Source of the DNA: Macrostomum lignano
Lineage: Eukaryota
Reading direction: 5' to 3'
Assembly: GCA_002269645.1 (NCBI GenBank)
Contig: NIVC01003021.1
Location: forward strand, 1 to 41,060
Length of the DNA: 41,060 nucleotides
Numbering within the stretch: the stretch's first letter is position 1; every line of letters begins with the position of its first letter. Positions 25,529-37,400 of this stretch are shown here, one piece after another. The position numbers and the translations under genes were made by a program. The notes beneath the pieces were generated by a model. That model made no database searches. It saw only the letters and a program-made list of their open reading frames with translations, and was not told where the DNA came from.

Positions 25529-25810
25529 GGGGGTTGCAGCCTACCGTAGTGGTCAGAGCGACTTGACGACTGAAAGGTAGGGGGTTCGATTCTCGACCCA
25601 CTCGGAACAATTTGTGTCCTTAAGCAAGACACCAGCTGTAAAATGGGTGCCAGCATTAGCTGGGGTAATTGAGGGTGTGCGTGGCGACCCCTGCAAAGTC
25701 CTTGGACTGAGCGGCCGTACGCAGCCTTCAGATGCGCCGCGCAATAGCTGCGTCTGAGCTGTCGGTTGCCCATCTGGCCCAATTGGGGCAGGTGAAATCA
25801 ATTATTATAT
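25529..25810 (+). mobile_element. tRNA-headed CORE-like SINE, copy A
   Basis: A-box-like AGTGGTCAGAGCG and B-box-like GGTTCGATTC, then AACAATTTGTGTCCTTAAGCAAGA..CCAGCTGTAAAATGGGTG, GTGGCGAC and tail TCAATTATTAT. Most of these blocks are shared with the copy at 37846. Confidence 0.75.
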
Positions 25811-26009
25811 AACTTGTAGCTCAACCAAAAGCCACCGCTGACGACTGCATGAGCAGCCGCTTATTTAGACGCTGGGAACTGTTTCTACTGAAGAAACAAA
25901 ACCTTAACCTCACAATGTACTTGTAGGATGACGGCAAAAATAAGGAACCAGTGGCGCCCGGAAAAGTGCAACAGTGGCGCCAAAATAGTGCCATAATATT
26001 GGCGCCAAA

Positions 26010-26455
26010 AGGGTGTTACAGTGACGCTGACAGGGTGTTACAATGACGCCAACAGGGTGTTACAATGACGCCAACAGGGTGTTACAATGACGCCAACAGG
26101 GTGTTACAATGACGCCAACAGGGTGTTACAGTGACGCCAACAGGGTGTTACAATGACGCCGACAGGGTGTTACAGTGACGCCGACAGGGTGTTACAATTA
26201 CAATGACGCCAACAGGGTGTTACAGTGACGCCGACAGGGTGTTACAATTACAATGACGCCAACAGGGTGTTACAATGACGCCGACAGGGTGTTACAATTA
26301 CAATGACGCCAACAGGGTGTTACAGTGACGCCGACAGGGTGTTACAATTACAATGACGCCAACAGGGTGTTACAGTGACGCCAACAGGGTGTTACAATTA
26401 CAATGACGCCAACAGGGTGTTGCAGTGACGCCAACAGGGTGTTACAATGACGCCG
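26010..26455. repeat. 22/28-bp minisatellite (GACGCCAACAGGGTGTTACAAT, with or without a TACAAT insertion)
   Basis: Read directly; long and short units alternate in the distal half. Confidence 0.94.
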
Positions 26456-26811
26456 AAAAAATAGCCATGCCGTCACTTCTAGAAATAATCGTTTCTGCTT
26501 TTTTTAAATTTTCCTTGTCGAATCGAAAAATTGCTTTAAAAATCTTCTTTAGAGAGAAACTGAAAACAAAGTCAACAAATAGCTGTTCAAAAACGTTTTT
26601 AAGACTGTCCTGGATCGGCAAAATGATATTTGACAGACTCCAGGGCTCAAGGAGCAATCCATGAAAGCTAAGAAGTTTGACTGCAATCAGAAGAAGTCAG
26701 TGAGGCATTCACGAGAGCTGAGGATCTGCCCACAAGACAAGTAGTCGGAATTCGTTGATTTCTGAGTCTATAAATGACATGCTTTCATTGACTTCGAGTG
26801 CTGCAAGCAAC

Positions 26812-27945
26812 TGTCGCTAGCGCAGTCTGTAAACTGTCACTAATGCAGTCTGTAAACTGTCGCTAGCGCAGTCTGTAAACTGTCACTAATGCAGTCTGTA
26901 AACTGTCGCTAGCGCAGTCTGTAAACTGTCACTAATGCAGTCTGTAAACTGTCGCTAGCGCAGTCTGTAAACTGTCACTAATGCAGTCTGTAAACTGTCA
27001 CTAATGCAGTCTGTAATCTGTCACTAATGCAGTCTGTAAACTGTCCCTAGCGCAGTCTGTAAACTGTCACTAATGCAGTCTGTAAACTGTCCCTAGCGCA
27101 GTCTGTAAACTGTCACTAATGCAGTCTGTAAACTGTCGCTAGCACAGTCTGTAAACTGTCCCTAGCGCAGTCTGTAAACTGTCACTAATGCAGTCTGTAA
27201 ACTGTCACTAATGCAGTCTGTAAACTGTCGCTAGCACAGTCTGTAAACTGTCCCTAGCGCAGTCTGTAAACTGTCACTAATGCAGTCTGTAAACTGTCAC
27301 TAATGCAGTCTGTAAACTGTCGCTAGCACAGTCTGTAAACTGTCCCTAGCGCAGTCTGTAAACTGTCACTAATGCAGTCTGTAAACTGTCACTAATGCAG
27401 TCTGTAAACTGTTGCTAGCGCAGTCTGTAAGCTGTCACGAATGCAGTCTGTAAACTGTCACTAATGCAGTCTGTAAACTGTCCCTAGCGCAGTCTGTAAA
27501 CTGTCACTAATGCAGTCTGTAAACTGTCGCTAGCACAGTCTGTAAACTGTCCCTAGCGCAGTCTGTAAACTGTCACTAATGCAGTCTGTAAACTGTCACT
27601 AATGCAGTCTGTAAACTGTTGCTAGCGCAGTCTGTAAACTGTCACGAATGCAGTCTGTAAACTGTCACTAATGCAGTCTGTAAACTGTCCCTAGCGCAGT
27701 CTGTAAACTGTCACGAATGCAGTCTGTAAACTGTCACGAATGCAGTCTGTAAACTGTCACGAATGCAGTCTGTAAACTGTCACGAATGCAGTCTGTAAAC
27801 TGTCACGAATGCAGTCTGTAAACTGTCACGAATGCAGTCTGTAAACTGTCACGAATGCAGTCTGTAAACTGTCACGAATGCAGTCTGTAAACTGTCCCTA
27901 GCACAGTCTGTAAACTGTCGCTAGCAAAATCTGTCACTAGCGCAG
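26812..27945 (+). repeat. 23-bp minisatellite (CTGTCACTAATGCAGTCTGTAAA / CTGTCGCTAGCGCAGTCTGTAAA), ~49 copies; left arm of an inverted pair
   Basis: Read directly. Confidence 0.96.
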
Positions 27946-28419
27946 TCCAAAACAATCCCAAATGAAATGATTTCCCTCCATATGATGATAGATTTCTCAG
28001 AAATCGTGAGCACACCGCAGTCCACAGCCAACAATAGAAGACTCAAAGCCAACATTGACAGCTGAGCTTTGCCTCCGCTATTTTGACGCTGACGACTCCC
28101 AGTTGGAGAGCCGCACTCAGAGAGCTCAGTTTTGAGTAGCTTTCAATTATTTTCCATATAGTTAGCATAGCATTTAACTGTAGTCTTATATATAGTCGCT
28201 CCTTCACTGTTGTCTAATCTCTTCAGAAAATTGAAAAATTCCAATTAGAAAATTAATTCTTTTCTAAGAATGCTTGGGATTTATTTATGCTGAGCATAAA
28301 TATGCTGGATACTGTTTAAGTACGCGTATTCAATACCTTAGTAGAATGAATTTTTGGCCATTTTTGGCTTATTAAAAGCTTTCATTTTAGTAGCACTGAA
28401 ATTAAAACAGTTTAAAGAC

Positions 28420-28708
28420 TGCGCTAATTACAGTTTACAGACTACTCTAATGACACAGACTGTACCAGTGACAGTTTACAGACTGTGCTAGCGACAGTTT
28501 ACAGACTGTGATAGTGACAGTTTACAGACTGTGATAGTGACAGTTTATAGACTGTGCTAGCGACAGTTTACAGACTGTGATAGTGACAGTTTACAGACTG
28601 TGCTAGTGACAGATTGTGCTAGCGACAGTTTACAGACTGTGCTAGCGACAGTTTACAGACTGTGCTAGCGACAGTTTACAGACTGTGCTAGCGACAGTTT
28701 ACAGACTG
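28420..28708 (-). repeat. Same 23-bp family in reverse orientation (GACAGTTTACAGACTGTGCTAGC), ~12 copies; right arm
   Basis: Unit is the reverse complement of GCTAGCACAGTCTGTAAACTGTC from the 26812 array. Confidence 0.93.
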
Positions 28709-30144
28709 AGTGGTGCCTGTGCACAGTATTGACGCGCTTGCATGTACCCAGGAGTCAACGGAATGGGCGGAAATTGCCGCCAGCGCTGGTTGTGGGGCGA
28801 TGTCGCTGAGGACTCATGCACAGCTCACACAGGGTATACAGCGGCCCTGACTTTCTAATCGTCAGGCATTTGCACTCTCTGTGCCTCGGGGGTTGGCCTT
28901 CATGGGATAAAAGAAACTTTTCTACATTGAAGCTTGGACAGCTGGTGGAAAAATATTCTGCTCGAAGAAAAAATTCAACAAACAGCAGAAAAATTTCCAC
29001 CGTTGCATGCATAGCGTTGGTGATGATGGATGCTGACCGGAAATCAACCACAGGCGCAACCTCATACCAAGTCATCCCCTGCAGCCGCCGCAGTCTTCAG
29101 AATTGTGTATTCATAATTACTCGCCTAAGCCTTCGACGCAACACTCGAGTGTGCATCGGCAAATCCGGTTTGACGGCCCCTGTCAAGCTGAAGCAGTCCA
29201 AAGCCAGTCAGTCAGTCGGGTGTCCGCAAGTCACTCCTCGTTGTTTATCTGCCTCTGCCGGTGCAGTCTTGACATTTGCGCGGCAACTTGAAAATCGAAT
29301 AAGATAATCCGTTCGGATCATCAAGGATTTTCATTTTCATTTAGCCCGATCCACAATCGAAGTACTTTTGAGAGGTTCGCTAATGAACGCGACTTGAAGC
29401 AGAGTGCCCAGCTTGTGGGTGTGACCAGCTGCCCTCTCAAGCAGCGGAATTCGACACCCGAACGACCGGGATGCAGTTCTCATTCGGGATCTAGCATTAG
29501 ACAAACAATTTTTATTACTAAAGAGTAATTAGGTGCTGCTGGAATTGCACAGCATAGAGTGCAATAAAATCTTGACCGCTAATCCCCGCAGATGGGGCAG
29601 GCGTATTAGCCGTGCCGATCAAGTTGAAATGCGAAGATTTAGGAGCCAGCGGGATTCTCTATAATCCTCATATAGGGAATGAGAAAAGGAACAGAGATTT
29701 ACTGCAAAGTAAACACGGCATGCCCAGAGCCAAGGGATAAGGTATAGCAGACCCCGGCGGCTGATGCTTAATTAGAGAGGCAAAGCAAAGCAGAAACAGA
29801 CACGGGAGAGATGAGGTATTGATGCTGCTGGTATGCGGATCAGCCAAGACCCAGCCAGCCGCCTCAGCTCACAGATGCGGCCACACCAAGGAGGAGGAGG
29901 AGGATCAAGTGAAAGTGTTGTCTTGTAAACCCCCCCCCCCAACAGCTATAGGCTGTAATAAGATAATTTTCCGCTCGATATTGAAGACAAAAATGCGCCG
30001 AGCCGTCAGTTACAGGTACTGTGGCTGTGGATAAACCCCCGGGGCGAAACGTCTTCAGCGATAATATCGTGTTGAAGTACATTTCTTACCTGTATTCTTG
30101 ACATAATTAAGCATGACGAAGTGCTTACTCGAATAGAACTGACT

Positions 30145-30745
30145 AAAACTTACTGACGCGCTTACAGACGCTTACTTGAGGCACTTAACTGAAGGATGAT
30201 GCAATGCTTACTGGATGATGACGCAGTGCTTACTGAAGGATGATGCAATGCTTACTGAAGGATGACGCAGTGCTTACTGAAGGATGATGCAATGCTTACT
30301 GAAGGATGACGCAGTGCTTACTGAAGGATGATGCAGTGCTTACTGAAGGATGATGCAATGCTTACTGAAGGATGACGCAGTGCTTACTGAAGGATGACGC
30401 AGTGCTTACTTGAGGATGATGCAGTGATTACTGAAGGATGACGCAGTGCTTACTTGAGGATGATGCAGTGATTACTGAAGGATGACGCAGTGCTTACTTG
30501 AGGATGATGCAGTGATTACTGAAGGATGGCGCAGTGCTTACTTGAGGATGATGCAGTGATTACTGGATGATGATGCAGTGATTACTGAAGGATGGCGCAG
30601 TGCCTACTTGAGGATGATGCAGTGATTACTGAAGGATGGCGCAGTGCCTACTTGAGGATGATGCAGTGATTACTGAAGGATGACGCAGTGCTTACTTGAG
30701 GATGATGCAGTGATTACTGAAGGATGACGCAGTGCTTACTTAAAG
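30145..30745. repeat. 22/23-bp minisatellite (GCAGTGCTTACTGAAGGATGAC), partly a 45-bp dimer
   Basis: Read directly. Confidence 0.94.
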
Positions 30746-31629
30746 ATGTAAGGCAGCGACTACACACTAAAACAAGTTAGTTCAAAGTTTCGTATACTCT
30801 TCTGAGGAAAATGATCGAAGTACTTTTTTGTGAGCTTCAGACCAGGCAGTGATGATCGCGCACCCGAGATAGCTAATAACGCATTGTTTGTCATTTTACG
30901 CTCGTACAACCGCAAGACAAGCAATGCAGGAACACAATTACGAGAACTGATGCCCTGCTTTCGCTGAGTCAAGATTCGAAGGATCGCACGTCACAGCGGC
31001 AGATGACAGGTAAGAGCGAAGCACGGGACCGGGGCGACACGCGAAGCAGGAGAATCGCCAATTCAGAGAGCAATGGAGGCTTTTCCGAAATCTACTCTTA
31101 GTGAAGAAAACGGTCAAAAATCTGAGCCAGCAAGTCACGCAACTCCCCTCTGACAGGCGGGGGAGCTCAGCCCCAAAATTTCATAGTAATTCCCATAGCT
31201 GCTTGTCTATGTCATCAATATGGATGCGCACGAACAACCGCGGTATAGCTAGGAGCATTTTGAGGCCTCTCAACATAACTGGCCTTCATCTTGTTTTCCC
31301 TTCCCACTCGGCGGTCTCTTTCTCTCTCTATTTTGCCAATTAAACGAGCCTTTTCCAGCGATGCGTGGAATTTTAACAAGGAACAAAAAATTGCATGACT
31401 ACTAACTACACTGACATGATAAATTGAACTGTGCATGATTGAGAATGGCCCAGAGTCCTACGCGACCCAGCTGCTTAGGAACTCGTCTAGCTGCTTTAAC
31501 TCACTTGTGGGTTGCATAAAATTCAGGAATGAAGAAATGAGCATAAATCTCACATGGTGTGGCCGAGAATTATGATACTCATACTTAATCCATCTCATAA
31601 GAGCATTATTTTTTCTCCGCAAATCCCAT

Positions 31630-32500
31630 TTCTTACCCCGACCAACCACCCCTTCACTTTCTTACCCAGGCCAACTCCCATTTTATTACCCCGGCCGACC
31701 CCCCTCATTTTATTACCCGGGCCGACCCCCCTCATTTTCTTACCCCGGCCGACCCCCCTCATTTTCTTACCCCGGCCGACCCCCTCATTTTCTTACCCCG
31801 GCCGACCCCCCTCATTTTCTTACCCCGGCCGACCCCCCTCATTTTCTTACCCGGGCCGACCCCCCTCATTTTCTTACCCCGGCCGACCCCCCATTTTATT
31901 ACTCCGGCCAACCCCCCATTTTATTACCCCGGCCGACCCCCTTCATTTTCTTACCCCGGCCGACCCCCCATTTTATTACCCCGGCCGACCCCCATTTTAT
32001 TACCCCGGCCGACCCCCCATTTTATTACCCCGGCCGACCCCCCATTTTCTTACCCCGGCCGACCCCCCATTTTATTACCTCGGCCGACCCCCACATTTTC
32101 TTACCCCGGCCGAACCCCCACACTTTTTTACCCCGGCCAACCCACCACATTCATACCCTGGCCAACCCCCCAAACTTTCCCAACCTGACCCAAACCCCCC
32201 ATTTTATTACCCCGGCCAACTCCCCATTTTATTACCCCGGCCGACCCCCTCATTTTCTTACCCCGGCCGACCCCCCATTTTATTACCCCGGCCAACCCCC
32301 CATTTTATTACCCCAGCCGACCCCCCCTCATTTTATTACCCCGGCCGACCCCCCACCTTTTCTTATCCCGGCCGAACCCCCACACTTTTTTACTCCGGCC
32401 AACCCCCACACTTTCTTACCCCGGCCAATCCACCACTTTCATACCCTGGCCAACCCCCCAAACTTTCCCAACCTGACTCAAACCCCCACTTTTCCCAAAA
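31630..32500. repeat. C-rich ~24-26-bp minisatellite (TTACCCCGGCCGACCCCCC..TTTT)
   Basis: Read directly; source of the 424-aa PGRP pseudo-ORF. Confidence 0.93.
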
Positions 32501-33609
32501 ATTTCCAGTAAAACCCCACAATCAGCCCAAAGAACAGGTAAACCAAGATACACTACTAAAATTTTTTTATATTTGCATTCTTCCTGTGCTAAACACGCAA
32601 CTTTCCGAAAATGAATCAAATTGGCATTCAGTTGTCATTTATTGTCAGATAAGTGTTGGAATCTTACATGCGCTCACGGGAGCCAGCACAACTGATTTAA
32701 TAATCCAGATAGAGTATGGGAATTTTTCGGTAAGCACTCTGGGAACTAGAAATAGACCAGGCCTGACAAGGTTAGGTATAATTATGATAGGAAAAAAAGA
32801 TAACACAAGTAGCTCTACTACTTATTAAATCAGTAGTAGCACAGGCCATCCGAGCTAGGAATTGCTTAAAAGAAACTTTACCTGTGTAAAATCCAAGATT
32901 ATAAATCATTAGATAGATTGGTTTAATTTAACCTGCTAAATTTTTCTGATTTTTTTAATAATTTGCTAGCTACCGATATGTATCGAAATTATATTAAACT
33001 AAGGCACAATTTTAGCAATCCCTGTACACTGACTGTAGTCTGTATATCCATGTTGAGAGGAAGATTTTTATAGAAGAAAAAGCACAATTGTATAACTAAC
33101 AGAAGTCATTACGAAAACAAAAACTAAGTAAACACATGCATGTTCGTAATGACTAAATCTGTAAGCATAATTACAGTTTAATCACAGGTTGAAAGGCCGC
33201 CAAAACAGATGAATTCTGCATATAATATGTACCGTAACCATTGCTTTACTAACTTAGTGGAAATTGCAATAAAAGACACAAAGTATTAAGTCAGGTTGTT
33301 AACTACTAGCTGAAGTGACACTATTTGGCAAATATTGAGGAGTATGCAGGTGAGTATTTCATTATATCTTTTTGGAATTATAAAGATTATATGCATAACT
33401 AGATATCAACAGAGCCACTCAGCATTGAATTAATGCACTTGATGTAACTATGCTCATGGCACTACTGCAAAACGTAATAGGCTGCGAGCATTTTGTCAGA
33501 TAAATTTATTGGATCGTGTTTTGTTGCTAATGGCTGCTTGGCAATTTTCAGAGCACCTTGTCACACAATTTGGCATAACTTTATTGTGCTTTAAAAGAAT
33601 TTGATAACT

Positions 33610-33945
33610 TTTTACTACCCCGGCCAAACCCCCCCACTTTATTACCCCGTATAACACCCCTTTCCTACCCCAGCCAACCCCCCGCATTTTCCTACCCCGG
33701 CCAATCCCCCACTTTCCTACCCCGGCCAATCCCCCGGCCAACCCCCTTTTCATACCAAGGCCAACCCCCCTTTCCTACTCTCAACTTTACTACCCCGGCC
33801 AACCCCCTTTCCTACACCGGCCAACCCCTCTCCACTTTCTACCCCAGCCAACCCCCACTTTACTGCCCCGGCCAACCCCCCTTTCCTACCCTCCACTTTA
33901 CTACCCCGGCAAACCCCCCCCCACCCGACTTCACTACCCTTGGCC
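33610..33945. repeat. Degenerate C-rich array related to the 31630 family (CTACCCCGGCCAACCCCC)
   Basis: Shared ACCCCGGCC(A/G)ACCCCC core, same orientation. Confidence 0.88.
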
Positions 33946-34445
33946 AGCAAATAGGAAATATTCAGTTAATTACCATAAACAACAAGCGAAAAATCATTTT
34001 CAAGTATTTAGTGCCCCCTAATTTTTTATTATCTTTTTGATTCGTTCAGGAATAAAATAGTCTACGGTCACACCCCATTCCAGCCTCATACAGAATGTAG
34101 CATTGGTGGTGGTGTGACTTCGGCATAATTATGTCAATTATATTTACAATGCCAATAATTTAATCAGAGGCACCGCACCACAAGAAATTATCCCATTACG
34201 CTCGTAACGCCATTGAAAGCATGGAAATTACAAACGGAATATCTGACATTTTTTCTCATTAATAAACAGAAGAATAACCTTTTAAATCAACGCCACACAC
34301 AGAATTACATAAATAGGGTACACAGACATCTAAAAACTCAATTAAAAAAGATCTTACTATCATAAATAACTAATAGCAGCAATAACTGAAATTTTTTCTA
34401 GCCCTGAATTTCGGCGGTACAGCCAAGGCATCGGACCAGATGAGA

Positions 34446-37400
34446 TCAGAAAGACGGAGATGACAAGCAGAAGAGACGGTCCCGCTCCCTGCCAAGCCAT
34501 TTAAGCACCCGGTTCACCGACTGGATGGCCGACCGCTTGCTGGCCAGCGGGCTGAAGGCTGCGTACAGCTCGAACTCTTCGGTGATCTGGCAACGAGAAT
34601 TGATGGGATGTTGAGTGCTTAGCGGAGTGCCGCCATCAGCTGCTATGGGAATCTGTCAGCGGGATGTCAGCGTGATGTCAGGGGTATCTGACAGCGGGTT
34701 GTCAGGGGTATGTCAGCGGGATGTCAGGGGAATCTGTGAGCAGGATGTCAGGAGTATGTCAGAGGATGTCAGGAGTATGTCAGAGGGATGTCAGGAGTAC
34801 CTGTAAAAGGGTTGTCAGGGGTATCTGACAGCAGGATGTCAGGGGTATCTGTCAGCGGGATGTCAGAAGTGTATTATTTGTTAGTGAGATGTCAAACAGG
34901 CTCACCCAGCCCATCACGGATGCCAGCTGGTTGGTGTGATACACCAGCTTAAGCGGCCTGGTCCGCCGATGCAGCAGGGCGTGCATCCGCTGGTAAAGCG
35001 CCATGACGCGCTGCTGGTCCTCAGGCTGGCCAAACGGGTCGCCCATCTGCGGCGAGAAGTACTGGCCAGCCAGCTTGATTTTGTACACGAAATGGCGCAC
35101 CTCCTCCGCCCCAGTCTGCGCCAGGGTCCACTGGCCGGCAACGGCGCTCTCGCGAATCTGGGCCAGACAATTGGCCTTCTGCAGCTTCTGCGTGCGAAGG
35201 AGTGAAATAAAATTTGCTACTGACAAGCCAAAACACTACTGTTAGTACTGTTAGTAGGTTGGAAACTTTAACGACTAATTTAGCAGTTTCCAATTCAAAG
35301 TTTAATCCGATTGGTCTTGCACAGATCCCATTGACAAAAAAATCCCCACAGATAGCACAGATCCCATTGACTAAAACTTCCCCACTGATTGCACAGATCC
35401 CATTGACTAAAACTTCCCCACAGATAGCACAGATCCCATTGACTAAAACTGCCCCGCTGATTGCACTGATCCCATGGACTAAAACTTCCCCACTGATTGC
35501 ACAGATCCCATTGACTAAAACTTCCCCACTGATTGCACAGATCCCATTGACTAAAACTTCCCCACTGATTGCACAGATCCCATTGACTAAAACTGCCCCG
35601 CTGATTGCACTGATCCCATGGACTAAAACTTCCCCACTGATTGCACAGATCCCATTGACTAAAACTTCCCCACTGATTGCACAGATCCCATTGACTAAAA
35701 CTGCCCCGCTGATTTCACTGATCCCATTGACTAAAACTTCCCCACAGATAGCACAGATCCCATTGACTAAAACTGCCCCGCTGATTGCACAGACCCCATG
35801 GACTAAAACTTCCCCACTGATTGTACAGACCCCATTGACTAAAACTCCCCACTGATTGCACTGATCCCATGGACTAAAACATCCCAAGTAATGCACAGAT
35901 CCCATTGACTAAGCCCAACCGAAGTGTACCTACCTCAAGTATTTTATTCTTGGCCTCGGCCAAAGCGTCAAAGCTGTTGCCGTCGACAGTGAGCAGCACC
36001 AAGCAGAGCTCCTCGTCCAGAAAGCACACGTAGGCGTACAGGTTGCCGCTGGCGTCGAACTTCGGCAGACAAATCGGAGTCCAGGCCTGACTGGTCTTGA
36101 AGGACTCGGTGCAGTTAATCAAATTGATAATCAAATGCATGTCTAACGGGTGCAGGTACTGCCGCTTCATGTGCACCAGGCTCACCAGCTTGGTGCCGCT
36201 CAGCAGGATGCCGAACACCAGATCCTGCGAGTGATGGGGGCTAGATTCTCAGTGTCTCACCCTGAGATCTCACTCTTCTAGCTTAGAGATTAAAACTGTC
36301 GACTCTGGAGACTCTCATTATCTCTTTGTGAGATTCTTAGTGTCTCACCCTGAGATTCTTCATGCCTTGCCCTGAGATTCTCCTTGTCTCACCCTGAGAT
36401 TCTCCTTGTCTCGCCCTGAGGTTCTCACTGCCTCGCCCTGAGATTTTCAATGTCTCACCCTGAGATTCTCACTCTTTTAGCTTAGAGATCCCAACTGGCT
36501 ACTCTGGAGATTCTGATTATCTCATTGTGAGATTTTCCTTGTCTCACCCTGAGATTCTCACTGCCTCGCCCTGAGATTTTCAATGTCTCACCCTGAGATT
36601 CTCACTCTCTAGCTTGGAGATTCCGACGGTCAATTTTTGAGATTCTCATAATTTCATTGTGAGATTCTCACTGTCTTAACCTGAAATTCTGACCGTCTCA
36701 CCTGCTCACTGTGCCTCACCCTGAGATTCTCACTCTCTAGCATAGAGATTCCCATCGTCTTCTTGAATAATTGTCTAATTGTGAGATTGTTACCAATATT
36801 CTAAAGTTATAACAGCAAGGGAGAGCCAATTTGTGAGCAATTAAAAAGGCTAGAATTCCCCAAAACTGAAAGTCTTAAAAACCACTTAAAATTATCTTCG
36901 CTAGAGGTATAGAACAGTTTTTCAACTACTAAATTATTAATTATTAGTACTGGTGAGCAGGATATTTTAACTATTAAACCAAATAAATAAAAACTAGGCA
37001 CAACAAAGTGGGTAAACAATAGCAGCTACTGTAAAAACAAACCACCAATGAAGCGCATTTATGATAGAATGTTAAAATTGAACCAGAAGCACACAGAAGA
37101 CACACAAAAAGAGATGAAACAAACAAACAAACAAACACCTAATACTTACCGGATTGCGACGATTCTGGAAGCGAGTTAACGAATTAAGGAATATATTTTT
37201 TATCATTTCTTAATGACAATAACAAATTTTAGTAACAGCCCATGAACTGACCTTGTCGATTCACTTGTTTTTTTGTTAATTGCTTGCAACTTCTAGATAC
37301 TTTACTTACAGTAGAAATAGCGAAATATTGCATTCACGAAATTAGCAATAATGAAATTCTATTAACTGTTTTACTCTTAGCATAAATATATAGGGTAATA

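Noticed and set aside
24738-29307. 141-aa (24738-25163) and 163-aa (28816-29307) ORFs
   Set aside because: No motif or family similarity recognised; lengths compatible with chance.
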